DNA from: Eledone cirrhosa
Lineage: Eukaryota
DNA length: 64,000 bases
Reading direction: 5' to 3'
Assembly: GCA_964016885.1 (NCBI GenBank)
Contig: OZ024740.1
Span: forward strand, 225,246,001 to 225,310,000
Shown: piece after piece, positions 40,886 to 53,679 of the stretch
Position numbering within the stretch: position 1 is the stretch's first letter
Layout of the letters: each line of letters opens with the position of its first letter
Position numbers and translations under genes: made by a program
The notes under the pieces: generated by a model
Told to the model about the DNA's origin: nothing
Seen by the model: only the letters and a program-made list of their open reading frames with translations
Databases searched by the model: none

Positions 40886-41631
40886 GTCTTCAGAAATAAT
40901 GATATTTCTTTATTGAAAAAAAACAACAAAGATTTAATATAATAGGTCTGTTTGGGAACAGGTTTTGAATTGACCAATAGAAAAGTAGTAAGAGGTCAAG
41001 TTGGTAGAATAGTAGTAGTAGAAATTTAATTTAGGGGTAGAGGAATGCAGAGTTAAATTTTGAATGGAAAGATTACTTTGAATGAAAAGAATACTTTGGG
41101 GATAAAAAAAGCTCAAGCCGGTGGAAGGTACACGAAAATTTGATGCTATTAAAGAATAATGTTAATGTTAAAACCGAAAAAGAATAACATTTTAGGGTAA
41201 AGGTGTTAGTGAGAAATACCAATCTTATTTAAAACACAATGAATTTAGATGTATAACAAGAAGTTAAATTAATTAATAGGTATACTTATAGGGATAAATT
41301 TATATTAATTCATATGGATGTGATGAATAAGAATTAGATGTTATTAAAGAATGTTGTTAAAAACGAAGGAAAATAAAATTTTGGGATAAATGTAGCAGTG
41401 AGAAATACCAATCTTATATAGACTACAAGAATCTAGATTCATAACAGGAAATTAAATTAATTTATATGTATACTTTTAGGTGTTAATTTTAGGAAAAGAG
41501 AGCTGTAAGAGGGAAATAAAATTATGAAGTTCTCTGTAGTAAAGTACTAATTATAGGTTAACTAAATAAAAAAAACTAATTATAATAATATGTAAAATAT
41601 AAGTGTAAGGTGTATATTAATTAGGTTTATA

Positions 41632-43990
41632 TTATTTGAAAGTTCTTCTAATTCTATGATTGCAAGATATAATTAATTCTTGTCGCTTATTTAACAGGAT
41701 ATCCTTAGATTTCATTATTTCAAAAAGTTCCTGGGAGCATAATCTACACTCATATCTTTTATTTTGATAAGGGGTGACCCTTTTGAGCACACTCCAGGTC
41801 AGATTGTAATCGATATTCTTTTTTCTATAATTATTAATTGTTTCAGCCAATGATGTTGTATTAGCTAATGAAGCATTTTAAAAACTATGTTTGTGGGTAT
41901 TAAATCTTACTTTAAATTGGTTAGATGTAGCTCCTATATATGAATAAGTTGAGTCCTTAGTGCCAATTTTACATTTATATACTATGTTATTAATAAGACA
42001 GTTTCCCTTTAATGGGCAATTTCTTTTGTTTCTACAGTTACAACCATTCGTGAATATTATATCAGGGGAGTTAGTCAAATTTGGTGTGGAATTTACTCGA
42101 CTTGTTAATATGTGAAGGAGAAGGTGGTTTGTTGTGGTTTATTTTAGTATTATGGTTGGTTTGATGTATTGGTGGTATATTCGTGTTTTTTTTTTTACAT
42201 TTATATGCATCGTACGCACTTATATTTTGTTGTATATTTTTGGTAGTGGAGTAGGAAAATTTGACAGTTGATCTATTTAAAATTTGATGGTATTTATGGT
42301 TTGGCGGGAAGTTTTTCTCTAGGATAGTAAAAATATTTTTACGGATATTATCTTTAATTTGTAGATTAAATGGAGCATTATACCAAGTAACTCGTCTATT
42401 ACGGTTTCGATGTTGTTGTTTTTATATTTATACGATGTATCAGGATGTTTACTAAGAGAATTAGTATTAGTGAATTTATTATATATAGGTTTAGTTAGAT
42501 TAACTGATTATTAGGAGTTTTGTTAGTACTGTTATTAACGTATATTGGAGTATTAGGATGAATGGATTTTTGAAACTCATTATATTTTATGTGAGAAGAG
42601 GTAGAGAAATTAAGTTTTAGGTTGGTATTTTTGGGTATAGTGTGAGTGGCATTTAGGAGTGTGTTTTTCATTTGGTGTTTGTTGGTAATATTGCGTTGTA
42701 TGTTTGAAGTATTATTGGTGCAAGGTATATAGACTAATTTGTTTTTGTGGCCGCTTCTAGCTAAGGCTTCGTTATAAAAGGGCGCATTTTTATCGAATAC
42801 ATCCTGGTTAGATGAAAGGTTAGAAATTCTGAGTGAGATATTATATGCTAGGTTTTTAAGGATAGATCAAGGGTGATTGGATTGTGAGTGTATGTAATGT
42901 AAGGTTTGGTTAGGTTTATGGTAAGGTTGGTAGGTACCCGTAGATAAGTCTAAAGTTATATCTAGGAAATTAACTATTTTACTGGTGTTTTCAAATGTAA
43001 TAGTGAGACTATAATAGTCTTTGAGGAAAGTTCTAATAAGTTTTTTATTTTTTTCAATTTCTGATAGGCTAAGGTTAGTGGAAAGAAGAAGACAGTCATC
43101 ACGATATAAACCACCTCTAAGGTGAGGAAAAGAAGAATTTATGTTAAATAGAAGAAAGAGGCCTACAAGGCCGGTAATTTGGGCAGAATCACTAGAACCC
43201 ATAGTAATATGGAATAGATTACTATATGTATTTCTGGTCCAGTATTCCTTCTGAAATTCTAGTAGTGCTTATCTAGCGTGCGTGATAATATTAATGTCAT
43301 CCATAGTTAAGTTTGATCTATTTTTGGCAAATATCAAGGCTTTGTTCAGGAGTATGGGTGATATAGAGGGATAATAAGCATCTATATCAAATTGTAGAAA
43401 TGAACAGATGATTTATTTCTAATATTAGTAAACCAGTTAATTACTTGGCATGTGTTTTCCCAGAGTGGTAAATTAACGTGTTTTCTTAATTGTGGGATGA
43501 TTCTGTCTAAAAAATCTTTTACTAATGATGCCAATGTCAGATTTGGAAGGGCATTATAGAAGGATTAGAGTTAAAGTTAGATTTGTGATCTTTCAGATTA
43601 AAGTGTGGTTTTTCAGGGCCAAAGGTTCAGTTCTGTCTTCAATATTGAGTTTATTTACTATGTTGTGTGTTTTGTTGTTGATATTGGTAAGTGCCGCATT
43701 ATTTGTTTTTTTATAATTTTTCCTGAGTTCTTTATAAATCAACTCATTGTAATTATCAATATCCATGTGGTATAGATTTCCAGTTTTTTCAGAGAAGACG
43801 TGGACTTTGTTAGATTTTTTTAGATCCAATAGGGTAGAGTCAAGATCTTTTTGAAAATTAGATTTATATTTCTTAAATTTGAGGTGTTTGATTAAGTTAA
43901 ATAGGTCTTTCTCAAAGTTTTCAAGCAAGGAGTTGTGTGGTGGGTTCTTATATGTAGTGAAATCATATACATATTTCTTATCCGTGCATT
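41632..43990 (-). pseudogene. Disrupted PLE ORF: reverse transcriptase plus GIY-YIG endonuclease
   Basis: MGSSDSAQI, GLYRDD, VNFLDITLDL, YIHSQSNHP, CNCRNKRNCPLKGNCL, IVYKC...YIG...FKVRFNTHKHSF, CRLCSQE, LNKRQE. Confidence 0.92.
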
Positions 43991-44545
43991 TTGTTATGAA
44001 TCTAGATTCCTTGTAGTCTATATAAGATTGATATTTCTCACATTTATCCCAAAATTTTATTTTCCTTCGTTTTAACAACATTCCTTAATAACATATAATT
44101 CTTATTTATCACATCCATATGAATTAATATAAATTTATCCCTATAAATATACCTAATAATTAATTTAACTTCTTGTTATAGATCTAAATTCCCTGTGTTT
44201 TAAATAAGATTGGTATTTCTCACTAACACCTTTACCCTGAAATTTTATTCTCCTTCGGTTTTAGCATTAACATTATTCTTTAATAGCATCAAATTTTCGT
44301 GTACCTTCCACCGGCTTGAGCTTTTTTTATCCCCAAAGTATTCTTTTCATTCAAAGTAATCTTTCCATTCAAAACTTAAGTCTGCATTCCTCTACCCCTA
44401 AATTAAATTCCTACTACTACTATTCTACCATCTTGACCTCTTACTACTTTTCTATTGGTCAATTCAAAACCTGTTCCCAAACAGACCTATTATATTAAAT
44501 CTTTGTTGTTATTTTTTTCAATAAACAAATATCATTATTTCTGAA

Positions 44546-44731
44546 AAGGCGGTGGATTTGCAGTATCGGTAGAGAGTCGGACGCCATGCTTTCCAGCATA
44601 GTTATATCCCTTTACGATCTGAGTTCAAATCCCGCCGAGGTTGACTTTGCCTTTCATCCTTACAGGGTCGATAAAATAAAGTACCAGTAATGCACTGGGT
44701 AATTGCTGGCCTTGTGCCAAAGGTAGAAACA
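44546..44731 (+). mobile_element. SINE A in the right PLE arm
   Basis: 12-bp TSD ATTATTTCTGAA (44534-44545 and 44732-44743). Confidence 0.92.
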
Positions 44732-44934
44732 ATTATTTCTGAAGACAGCATATATATGTGAAGGTATGTATATTTCCTCTGATAGTTTGTAAAATTTTTA
44801 CATAGATCTATATGATATACATACCAACACACATATACATCCTAGAAACTATCGTAAAATGATGAATTTTTTAATATAAGGAAATTGTTCTTTGTTTTTA
44901 TTCATTGTTTTTATTAATTTATATATATATATAT

Positions 44935-45408
44935 TTCGTTTCTGAATTTGTTTAGCAAGATTCTTTATCTGAAATCGTGTGTTGAAACCGATATTGTTAT
45001 ACTTTGGGAGGGTCATGTTGCCAATAAGAAACACACGCACCAGTTGCTTTCACTTCAATTTATTATAATAAATTTATAAATTTAGGAATTTATAAATTTC
45101 TGGTTGGTTGGTTGGTTGGTTCCACAACCAGATAGTTGTTTATATATTGTCAAAGTTCTTTCGTCACACATTCTGTGACCTCTTCAGTGACTGGAGAAGA
45201 AAAGAATCCCCAGTCACTAAGGGGTCACAGAATGTGTGACGAAAGAACTTTGACAATATATAAACAACTATCTGGTTGTGGAACCAACCAACCAACCAGA
45301 AATTTATAAATTCCTAAATTTATAAATTTATTATAATAAATTGAAGTGAAAGTAACTGGTGCGTGTGTTTCTTATTGGCAACATGTTCCTCCCAAAGTAT
45401 AACAATAT
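44935..45408. mobile_element. (TA)n-flanked fold-back element family F, copy 1
   Basis: Arms of about 200 bp at 44991-45194 and 45210-45408, 15-bp loop. Confidence 0.9.
45149..45191 (-). ncRNA. Minimal type I hammerhead motif
   Basis: Minus strand GTCA-CTGAAGA-G-GTCACA GAATG TGTGAC-GAAA-GAAC-TT-TGAC; a mutated mirror copy lies at 45213-45254 (+). Confidence 0.75.
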
Positions 45409-45559
45409 ATATATATACATAAAATATATATTATTTTGAAGCCTCCCATACTCACATTAGGTTTTGAAAATGGATGAAATAACTGCAATATTTTAAAATA
45501 AGCTTTATCTTTTCTGACTATCAGATAACAAATTTAAATGTATATATTGCTGGAGTCCA

Positions 45560-47030
45560 TTCATCATCACCGTTTTACGTCCGTTCTTCCACGCTAGCAT
45601 GGGTTAGACGGGTTGTCCTGTTGTGGGAAGTGTCCGCTCGGCTGACTTTGTTTTGCTCATACGGGAACTGATTCTGGCTTGATTTCTACAGCTCGATGCC
45701 CTTCCTAACACCAACCTCATTTACAGTGAGTGCTGGGTGCTTTTTTCCGTGGCGCCTACACGTCCACTTTACAGTGTGGGCTGGGTGCTTTTTTTCCATG
45801 GCACCTCCACGACCACTTTGCAGTGGGAGGTTGTGGGTCATATTGTCTATATGCGTCAGCTTCGGCTTGTACCCATGGGGGGTCGCGTCTTCTGTATTAC
45901 TGTGTGATGCCAGAGGTCACGGTTGTGTGTCATCGCCTTTGAGAGGTGTAATTGGGTAAGGTCGGCTTTTATCACCTCATCCCAGGTCTTCTTGGGTGCC
46001 CCCACTTCGTGGTTTCCATCGATTTCTAGTGTTCTGCACCTTTTTATGCAGCTGTCATCCTTCATACGCATCACATGTCCATACCAATGCAACCACCTCT
46101 CCTGCACACAGCATTTGATTCCTCTTATTCTCAGTCTTTCTGAATTCATTTATGGTTTGCCATTCGCATTGCTGTTCGTATACACGCATCATATAGTCTG
46201 CCTTTCATTTTGAGGGAAAAACCTTTTGCAGCTATCAGTGGCAGTAGCTCCATGAACTTCTTCCATCCCGTTCTTAACCTAGTTATTGTACTTTCCGAAC
46301 ACCCACCTCCGCTGCTAATTCGGTCACCTAGGTAGCAGAAGCTGTCTATTGTTTCTACAGAGCCCTCCCAGAGTTCGGTGGTACTTGTTTCCTCTGGCTG
46401 TTTGCTGCTTGCTGTCCTAGCACAGCTGCTACATGTCAAGCCTACATTCTTAGTTAAGCTTCATGAGATCCTGCTACATCTCTTATGTACCCATTGTTTG
46501 CATTTGGGGAAGAGAATGGAGTTCCTACCTACACATTTCCTACATACTGAGCAAGGCCATTTCCCTGAGGGGATCTGGGTTCTGTTTTCTCGTCTACTTA
46601 CAAGGACCTTAGTCTTTGTCAGTTTGACTTTAAGACCCTTTCTTTTTAGTCCCTGCTTCCAAGTTTGGAATTTCTTCTCTAGTTCTACCATAGATTCAGC
46701 TATAAGTGCGAGGTCATCTGCATACAGGAGTTCCCATGGGCATCCGGTCTTAAACTCCTCCGTTATTGCCTGCAGGACTATGATGAACAGGAGAGGGCTA
46801 AGAACAGAGCCATGATGGACACCAACCTGTACGCTAAATTCCTCGCTATACTCATTGCTAATCCTAACTTTGCTGACTGCTCCCCTATACATGGCTTGTA
46901 CCGCTTTCACAAGCCATTCATCTACTCCTAGTTTTCTAAGGGCCCACCAGATTATAGAACGTGGAACTCAGTCAAAGGCTTTCTCGATATCGACGAATGC
47001 CAGGTAGAGTGGCTTACTTTTAGCTATGTA
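45560..47030 (-). mobile_element. 5'-truncated RTE LINE, same family
   Basis: GVHHGSVLSP, LLYADDL, CSVC..CKQWVHKRC, FCYLG, WYGHV, (GAT)n tail. Confidence 0.95.
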
Positions 47031-47701
47031 ATGCCATAGCAATGAAATTATTTAAAATGATATTTAAAAAATATTTCATGAAAATCTGGGTCTGAGGAGA
47101 ATTTAATTCATTTGAAGATTTACTTAGTATTTCTGAGTCAACCAGAGAAATTTTAGCATTCCCTTCTGATAATACTTTTCTTTATTCTCTGAAAATTGTC
47201 TACAAAGTTATTTTTTTAATTTATGCCACCTTTCAATACCATGCTTCCAATGAAAATCACTGCCAATGATTTTCAAATAATTTTCAAAATAATCTGAAAT
47301 TTGGAGTTTTACAACTAACTCTTTCTTTATTTGGCTGGTGTTAAGTTTCTCTGATAGAATTATGAGTTTTCAGATAAATATAAACATTGAAAACATCCAT
47401 AGTTTTATTATAGAAAGCTATTTATTTTAATGGGTTCATATTTATCTAAAACCCTTCTGTCATAATTTTAGATAAAAAGCTTTAATTTATGCTCTAAATA
47501 CCAGCATGATTTCAGGTGGTTTGCTATTAAACCTTTTAAATGGTTAGCATTAATATGATGGGAGAAAATGAAGAATAGCAATCCTAATTTTAGTGCTAAT
47601 ATCAAATGTATATCAAATATACAAACTGTTGAGAGATTTTCTTTAACACTTGCCATACTATACTGCAGAAAGCCACATAAGCATGACATTTCTTAGAAAA
47701 C

Positions 47702-47732
<31 letters not shown>

Positions 47733-48792
47733 CAAAACACCACTATGACTGCATCACATTAAACATTGAAGATTTATTTGAATATTACAAATTTTCACAA
47801 TTATCTGTACACTCATAAAAGAAGATATTACAAACATTTGAATTAACAAATTTATTTTATTATATTTTCTACTAAATCATTACAGAATGTTAAGAGTTAA
47901 ACATATTACAAGTCATCGGAATTGAACAAGAAATATACCAGAATCAAAACATTTTACAACATATTGATATTACAAAAGCAGATATTCATTTGAGAGGAAC
48001 TTGTGTTGATTCAGTCATAAACAACAGCTTGTGAATCCTTACATGTATCCTGTTTAGTTCTTGCATTGATCAGTTCAGCAGGCCAAAGGTTGGTGTTAGG
48101 ATGGGCCCAGCAAATGTATTATGGGCAATGTGTTTGTTATATGCTAAGAGTTTTGATGACCATATTCTTTTTACTCTCCTGATATATTCCCTTCTGGTAC
48201 TCTCCTTATTGATGGGTCTATCATATCTGACATTCTCATCCTTTCCTGATTGTTGTCACCTGATTTTAGAGATCGTACTGTTAAGCTATTCGTTTTCATT
48301 GTTCATGTTTTATTATCAAAATTATGCCTTTGGACTCACAAGTATTACAATGCTTGTAGAAAATTAAGCAAGGAAGCCTAATTGATTTTCAATATGGTTG
48401 TATTTGGCTCATGCAACTTCAGATTATTAATAAAGAATAGATGGAAAATACTTCTAGATTCATTTCTATAACCACATACCTGATCTTATTTTGTGGTCAG
48501 GTATGATAGTGGGTTTAATTTGTGTTCAGGTATGATAGTGGGTTTAAGGGTTTAATGAGAGGACAAAGAGAAAGACTGACAAGCTATTATCTTGCAAGAT
48601 GTATGTATGTGTGTGCATGTATGTATGTATGTGTGTGTATGTATGTATGTACATATATATGTATGTTGAATTAAGTTAAGGATGTGAATGATTCTGATTT
48701 TTGGTATAGTGACAATGCAAGCTATGTTTTAGTTGTATTGGTCCTCCTCAGCTTAATCAAGACTAAATGCACACACACATATACACACACAC

Positions 48793-48878
<86 letters not shown>

Positions 48879-49217
48879 CAACCTTTGATTAAATGACTCA
48901 TCCTTCTGGGGCACTGAATTTGCAAATAATTGCAATAAATCAATTGGGTTCTCCCTTTTATTTAGGTAGCTGGACTTACTCTTTGTGTGTGTATGTGTAC
49001 ATGTGTGTTGTGTGTGTGGATATCTATATTTTCAACAATATAAATCCAGTGATAATCCTGTAATCTTAATATCTGTTTAAGGATTCTGTTTGCAATGGAA
49101 TAACACAAGCTTCATTAATTATAAAGATTTTTGTACTTGCTTCAGATATACATTGTATGAGAATTCTGAAAAAATATTCTTGATCTTTAAATATGCTGAT
49201 ACATTCTGTTCTTGAGT

Positions 49218-49545
49218 AGGTGCATGGCTTAGTGGTTAAAGCATTGGGCTTGCAATCAGGAGGTTGTTAGTTCAATTCTCTGATCAGTTGATGCATTGTG
49301 TCATTGAACAAGATACTTCATTTTGCATTGCACAAGTTTAATCTGTTGTAGAAATGAGTTGTGGCATCACTACTTGTGCCAAATTATAATGGCCATTGCC
49401 TTTAGCTTGGACAACATTGGTAGGATGGAGAGGGGAGACTGGTATGCATGGACAACTGCTGGTCTTCCACAGATACACCATTCCCATACTTGTGCCTCTG
49501 AAGGGAATTTTCTAGTTGCAAAACCATGGTCATTCGGGCTGAAGG
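49218..49545 (+). mobile_element. Old tRNA-derived SINE with CORE-like domain
   Basis: TGGCTTAGTGGTTAAAGC...GTTCAATTC...TTGTGTCATTGAACAAGATACTT. Confidence 0.6.
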
Positions 49546-49774
49546 CCTATAGGGATGATAGAATATCTTTGTTATAGTTAAGTCAATCCTTCCCACTTGT
49601 AGATAGTTTTAGCATTGGACAAGTTAATATCTATTATGGACAGCTGCTGATAATGATTATGTGACTGGCATCTGCTTTGCTGGTGCAGCCCAAATTACTA
49701 TTTTTATAAAAGAACACTATGACCTGGTTGGGTTGTCTTGTTTGTTTGTTTCCAGTTTATTTTTTTTATTTATA

Positions 49775-49808
<34 letters not shown>

Positions 49809-49811
49809 CAA

Positions 49812-51690
49812 ATGGCAGTGGATTGGAAGTATTGATAGAGGGTCGGATGCTATGCTTTGCAGCATAGAATTATGGCCCTTTACACTCTGAGTTCAAATCC
49901 CACCAAGTTAACTTTGTCTTTCATCCTATGGAGTTCGATAAAATAAAGTACCAGTAATGCACTGGGATTATTGCTGGCCTTGTGCCAAAAGTAGAGACAA
50001 TTATCATTATTTTCATAAGGGCGGTGGATTGGCAGTCTCAGTAGAGTGTCACGCACCATTCTTTACAGCATAGTTATGGCCCTTTATGTACAAATCCCGT
50101 CGAGGTTAGCTTTCCCTTTCACCCTTATGGGATCATCATCTCATTATTGATTAATGTCTATCTTCCACGCTAGCATGGATTAGATGAATTTGTCACATTA
50201 GGAGGGAAGTTGGGTCAGGTGACCGTGTCTGATTCATATAGGAGTGTTTCCGGCTGGTTTTCTAAGGCTGGATGCCCTTCATAATACCAACCACATTGAA
50301 AGTGTGTGCTGGGTGCTTTTTTGCTGTGTCTGTTACACGTCCACTTTACAGTGGGGGCTGGGTGCTTTTTGTTGTGACACCTACACTATCACTTTACAGT
50401 GTGTAACCATGTCTTGTTCATACCTGTCTGATTCTGGCTTAGATTTTGTAGCTGGATGTCTTTCCAACGTCAACCTCAATTTAAAGTGAGTACTGGGTGC
50501 TTTTTATCATGACACCTACACGACCACTTTACAGTGTGGGATGGGTGCTTTTTATCGTGACACTTACGTAACCACTTTACAGAGTGATGTGGGCACATTT
50601 TGCCATGTCACTATCACAACCACTTTACAGTGGGGGTTGGGATCGATAAAATAAAGCACCAGTTATGCACTGGGGTCAATTTAATTAAGTTTCCACCCTC
50701 TTCAAATTGCTGGCCTTGTGCCAAAAGTAGAAACAATTATTATTATTATTATCATAGACGGTGGTGGATTTGCAGTTTGGTTAGAACATTGACTAACATG
50801 CTTTGCAACATTGCTATGGATCTTTATGCTCTGAGTCCAATTTCCACTGAATGTAGTTATGCCTTTCAACCTTACAGGGTCAATAAAAAAAAGTACCAGA
50901 AATGCACTGAGGTCCACTTAATTGACTTTCACATTCCTTTTAAATTTTTAGCCATGTTTCAAATGTAGAAACAATTATTATCATTCAGGGTGGTGGATTG
51001 GCAGCATCGGTAGAGCATCGAACACCTTGCATTGCAGCATAGAGTTACGGACCTTTATGATCTGAGTTCAAATCTTGCCAAGACTAACTTTGTCTTTCGT
51101 CTTACGGGGTCAATAAAATAAAGTAGCAGTCAGCTATGGCGTCGATTAAATCGACTTTACCCTCCTCCAAAATTTCCTGCCTTGTGCCAATATAAGAAAA
51201 CATTATTATTGTCATTATTATTATTATAAAGGCTGGTGGATTGGCAGAATCGGTAGAGTCGGGCGCCATGCTTTGCAGCAAAGAGTTACGGCCCTTTATG
51301 GTCTGAATTCGAAATCCTGCCGAGGTTAACTTTGCCTTTCATCGTTACGGAGGTCGATGAAATAAAGTACCAGTAATGCACTGGGATAATTCCTGACCTT
51401 GTGCCAAAAGTAGAAGCAATTATTATTATTATTATTAAGGCGGTGGATTATTATTATTATTATTATAAGGGCGGTGGATTGGCAGTATCAGTAGAAGGTC
51501 GGACGCCATGCTTTGACGCATAGAGTTACAGCCCTTTCCAATCTGAGTTCAAATCCCGCTGAGGTTAACTGTGCCTTTCATCCTTACGGGGTCGATAAAA
51601 TAAAGTACCAGTCATGCTCTGGTGTCGATTAAATCGATTTTTCCCTCCTCCAAAATTGCTGGCCTTGTGCCAAGAGTAGAAACAATTATT
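49812..51690 (+). mobile_element. Head-to-tail cluster of about 7 SINE A copies, interrupted by an RTE 3'UTR fragment (50130-50635, -)
   Basis: Repeated consensus starting near 49812, 50018, 50640, 50757, 50987, 51230 and 51468, separated by (TAT)n. Confidence 0.9.
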
Positions 51691-51929
51691 TCTAGAGGAA
51701 ACTATCATATCTCGAGATCAGCTACAGGTGTGGCGTTTATAATGTTATCTATCTAACATGTTGGATAAATGATCAGACACAACACACATTATTTTATAAA
51801 TATCTATTATTCAGTGAAATCAAACAAGCTGAATTCTGAATATTTACAAGTTTTCTGATCCTCATGCTAGCTTTGACCCAGCAGATGATTTTTTTTTTTT
51901 GCTGTTTAGTCATAGAGAAAAAGCCAGCG

Positions 51930-52048
<119 letters not shown>

Positions 52049-52111
52049 AAGCTGACGTAAAATGATGATGATGATGATGATGATGATACTTATATATATA
52101 TATATATATAT

Positions 52112-52325
52112 ATTTCGTTTCTGAATTTGTTTAGCAAGATTCTTTATCTGAAATCGTGTGTTGAAACCGATATTGTTATACTTTGGGAGGGTCATGTTGC
52201 CAACTATCTGGTTGTGGAACCAACCAACCAACCAGAAATTTATAAATTTATAAATATATAATAAATTGAAGTGAAAGCAACTGGTGCGTGTGTTTCTTAT
52301 TGGCAACATGACCCTCCCAAAGTAT

Positions 52326-52332
<7 letters not shown>
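52112..52332. mobile_element. Fold-back family F, copy 2 (internally deleted)
   Basis: Same left and right termini as 44935-45408 but lacks the hammerhead/pivot segment. Confidence 0.88.
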
Positions 52333-52368
<36 letters not shown>

Positions 52369-52460
52369 TATCATCATCATCATCATCATCATTTTACGTC
52401 AGCTTTTCCCTGCTTGCAAGGGTGGGATATATATATATCATATATATATATATATATATA

Positions 52461-53500
52461 GTAATAATAATAAAATTGAAGTCTAAAATCCAAAGAGGGC
52501 TCGATAAGGATAAATATATATCAAATATATAAGAACTGTAGAGCAAATATTTATTAAAATAACAGATTAAAGTTTAAGCAAAGAATCGCTGCTTTCACCC
52601 GTAACGGGATCTTCTGAAACTAACAAAGTCAATCTGTAAACGCAGAACTGGATATTTCAAAAAACGTTGCAACCGGAGGAAGACAGGAAGACGATACTTT
52701 GGTTCGTGGAAACGTTCGCTGGCAAAGAACGGGAAAAAACGAATATAATACGTCATTAATAGGAGCGGTGAAAAACAATTACGCGCAAAGACAGAACCAC
52801 GTTTATGGTATAAAAGAGGTCGTGGACTAATGTTCTCTTAGGTGGTGCATAGAGACGTTCTCTGGCAATGAACGAAAAAACGAAGATAATATGTCATATG
52901 TGGAGCGAGGAGAACAATAGCACGCAAAGACAAAACCACGTAAATGGTATAGCAGAAGTCGTAGACTAAAATTCTAACTATGAGACCAAATGAATCTCCG
53001 CTACAGAGTTAAGAACAAAGTAAATAAATACAATACAGAAGTAATAGAAATAAATAAATAAATACACGCAAACAAATACGTACATACACAAGCATACGCA
53101 AAACCTTACCATAGGTATACAAAACCACGCACATATAAATATGTGTGTGTGTACAAATAAATAAATAATTATATAAACGTATATAAGTAAATAAATACGT
53201 ATATAACAAGCGCGCACGCACATACCTACATATAAATACACGAATGTTCGGAGACGTAAGTCAACTAAAACAAGAAGTACACATATACACACACCCACCA
53301 TACGTACGAACCTGCATACTCACGCAGACGCAAAACTCCCGTATACACATAGCCAAACCCTAAATACCAGAAATATATAAAAATTATACGCCATAACAAT
53401 CAAATATACGTACGGGAAGGTATAAGTACCTTCCCAAAACATACGGGTAATATATACTTACCTATGCAAATAAGTAAAGGAGTTTATTCCTTTACTTATT
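52461..53500 (-). mobile_element. Non-coding repeat family X (putative non-autonomous PLE), truncated copy
   Basis: Homologous to 59180-60580, 63573-64000 and 56655-56787; ends in a small hairpin at 53470-53500. Confidence 0.8.
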
Positions 53501-53626
53501 AAAGTGTTAACAATATTCAATGAGTATGTCAAAGAATGAGTTTTACAGTAGATTGGAAGCACTCTACGGGGTTATTAATATTAAAATACAAATATTAATA
53601 AAATAGATGTTCTTTTGATCAATTAC

Positions 53627-53679
53627 ATTTTATTATACATATTTCGGATGTACAATAGTACGTCCTCATCAGACAAAAT
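53627..53679 (-). ncRNA. Type I hammerhead ribozyme motif
   Basis: Minus strand ATTTTGT-CTGATGA-GGACGTAC TATT GTACATCC-GAAA-TATGTA-TA-ATAAAAT. Confidence 0.85.

Larger units (their letters stand above)
40395..44922 (-). mobile_element. Penelope-like retroelement with 3' terminal region and an inverted 5' copy
   Basis: Coding remnant 41632-43990; 40524-41446 is inverted at 43992-44922; both ends lie in (TA)n. Confidence 0.92.

Noticed and set aside
43992-44081. Apparent N-terminus of ORF 43593-44081
   Set aside because: It lies in the inverted terminal copy; a chance in-frame fusion, not true PLE protein.
50255-50635. CRISPR-like periodic repeats of about 37 bp
   Set aside because: Degenerate tandem units of the RTE 3'UTR (also at 10075-10190 and 45715-45830); no unique spacers, eukaryotic context.
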